Origin: Squalus acanthias | Lineage: Eukaryota | Reading direction: 5' to 3' | NCBI GenBank assembly: GCA_030390025.1 | Contig: CM059425.1 | Span: 171,370,001-171,434,000 of the forward strand | DNA length: 64,000 bases | Part shown: positions 63,953 through 64,000 of the stretch, piece by piece | How the letters are laid out: each line of letters begins with the position of its first letter | Position numbering within the stretch: position 1 is the first letter of the stretch | Translations under genes and position numbers: made by a program | The notes under the pieces: model-generated | Seen by the model: the letters and a program-made list of their open reading frames with translations, nothing else | Databases searched by the model: none | Told to the model about the DNA's origin: nothing

Positions 63953-64000
63953 TTTTTGTATTATAAATTTTTATGACACATTCTTTTGGAAACTGTCTTT

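Overview
Eukaryotic, repeat-rich, apparently non-coding genomic DNA, almost certainly from an elasmobranch (shark or ray), judged by an HE1-type V-SINE, DeuSINE-type SINEs and abundant CR1 LINEs. I recognise no host protein-coding exon with confidence, so this is probably a large intron or intergenic region. Nearly all ORFs in the track come from transposable elements or their antisense strands. Contents: many 5'-truncated CR1 copies; a second CR1-group LINE family; L2 and L1 relics; several SINE families; a nearly intact Tigger/pogo transposon with an internal 53-bp tandem array; a set of PIF/Harbinger elements (one transposase+Myb/SANT copy, two Myb-retaining transposase-deleted derivatives, several MITEs with 3-bp target-site duplications); hAT MITEs with 8-bp TSDs; and short Penelope-like insertions carrying minimal hammerhead-ribozyme motifs. 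The most interesting signals are the palindromic hammerhead-bearing Penelope mini-inserts and the Myb-only Harbinger derivatives. None is demonstrably a new biological system. All calls were made by eye, boundaries without a TIR/TSD are approximate, and family names are from memory rather than a database search.
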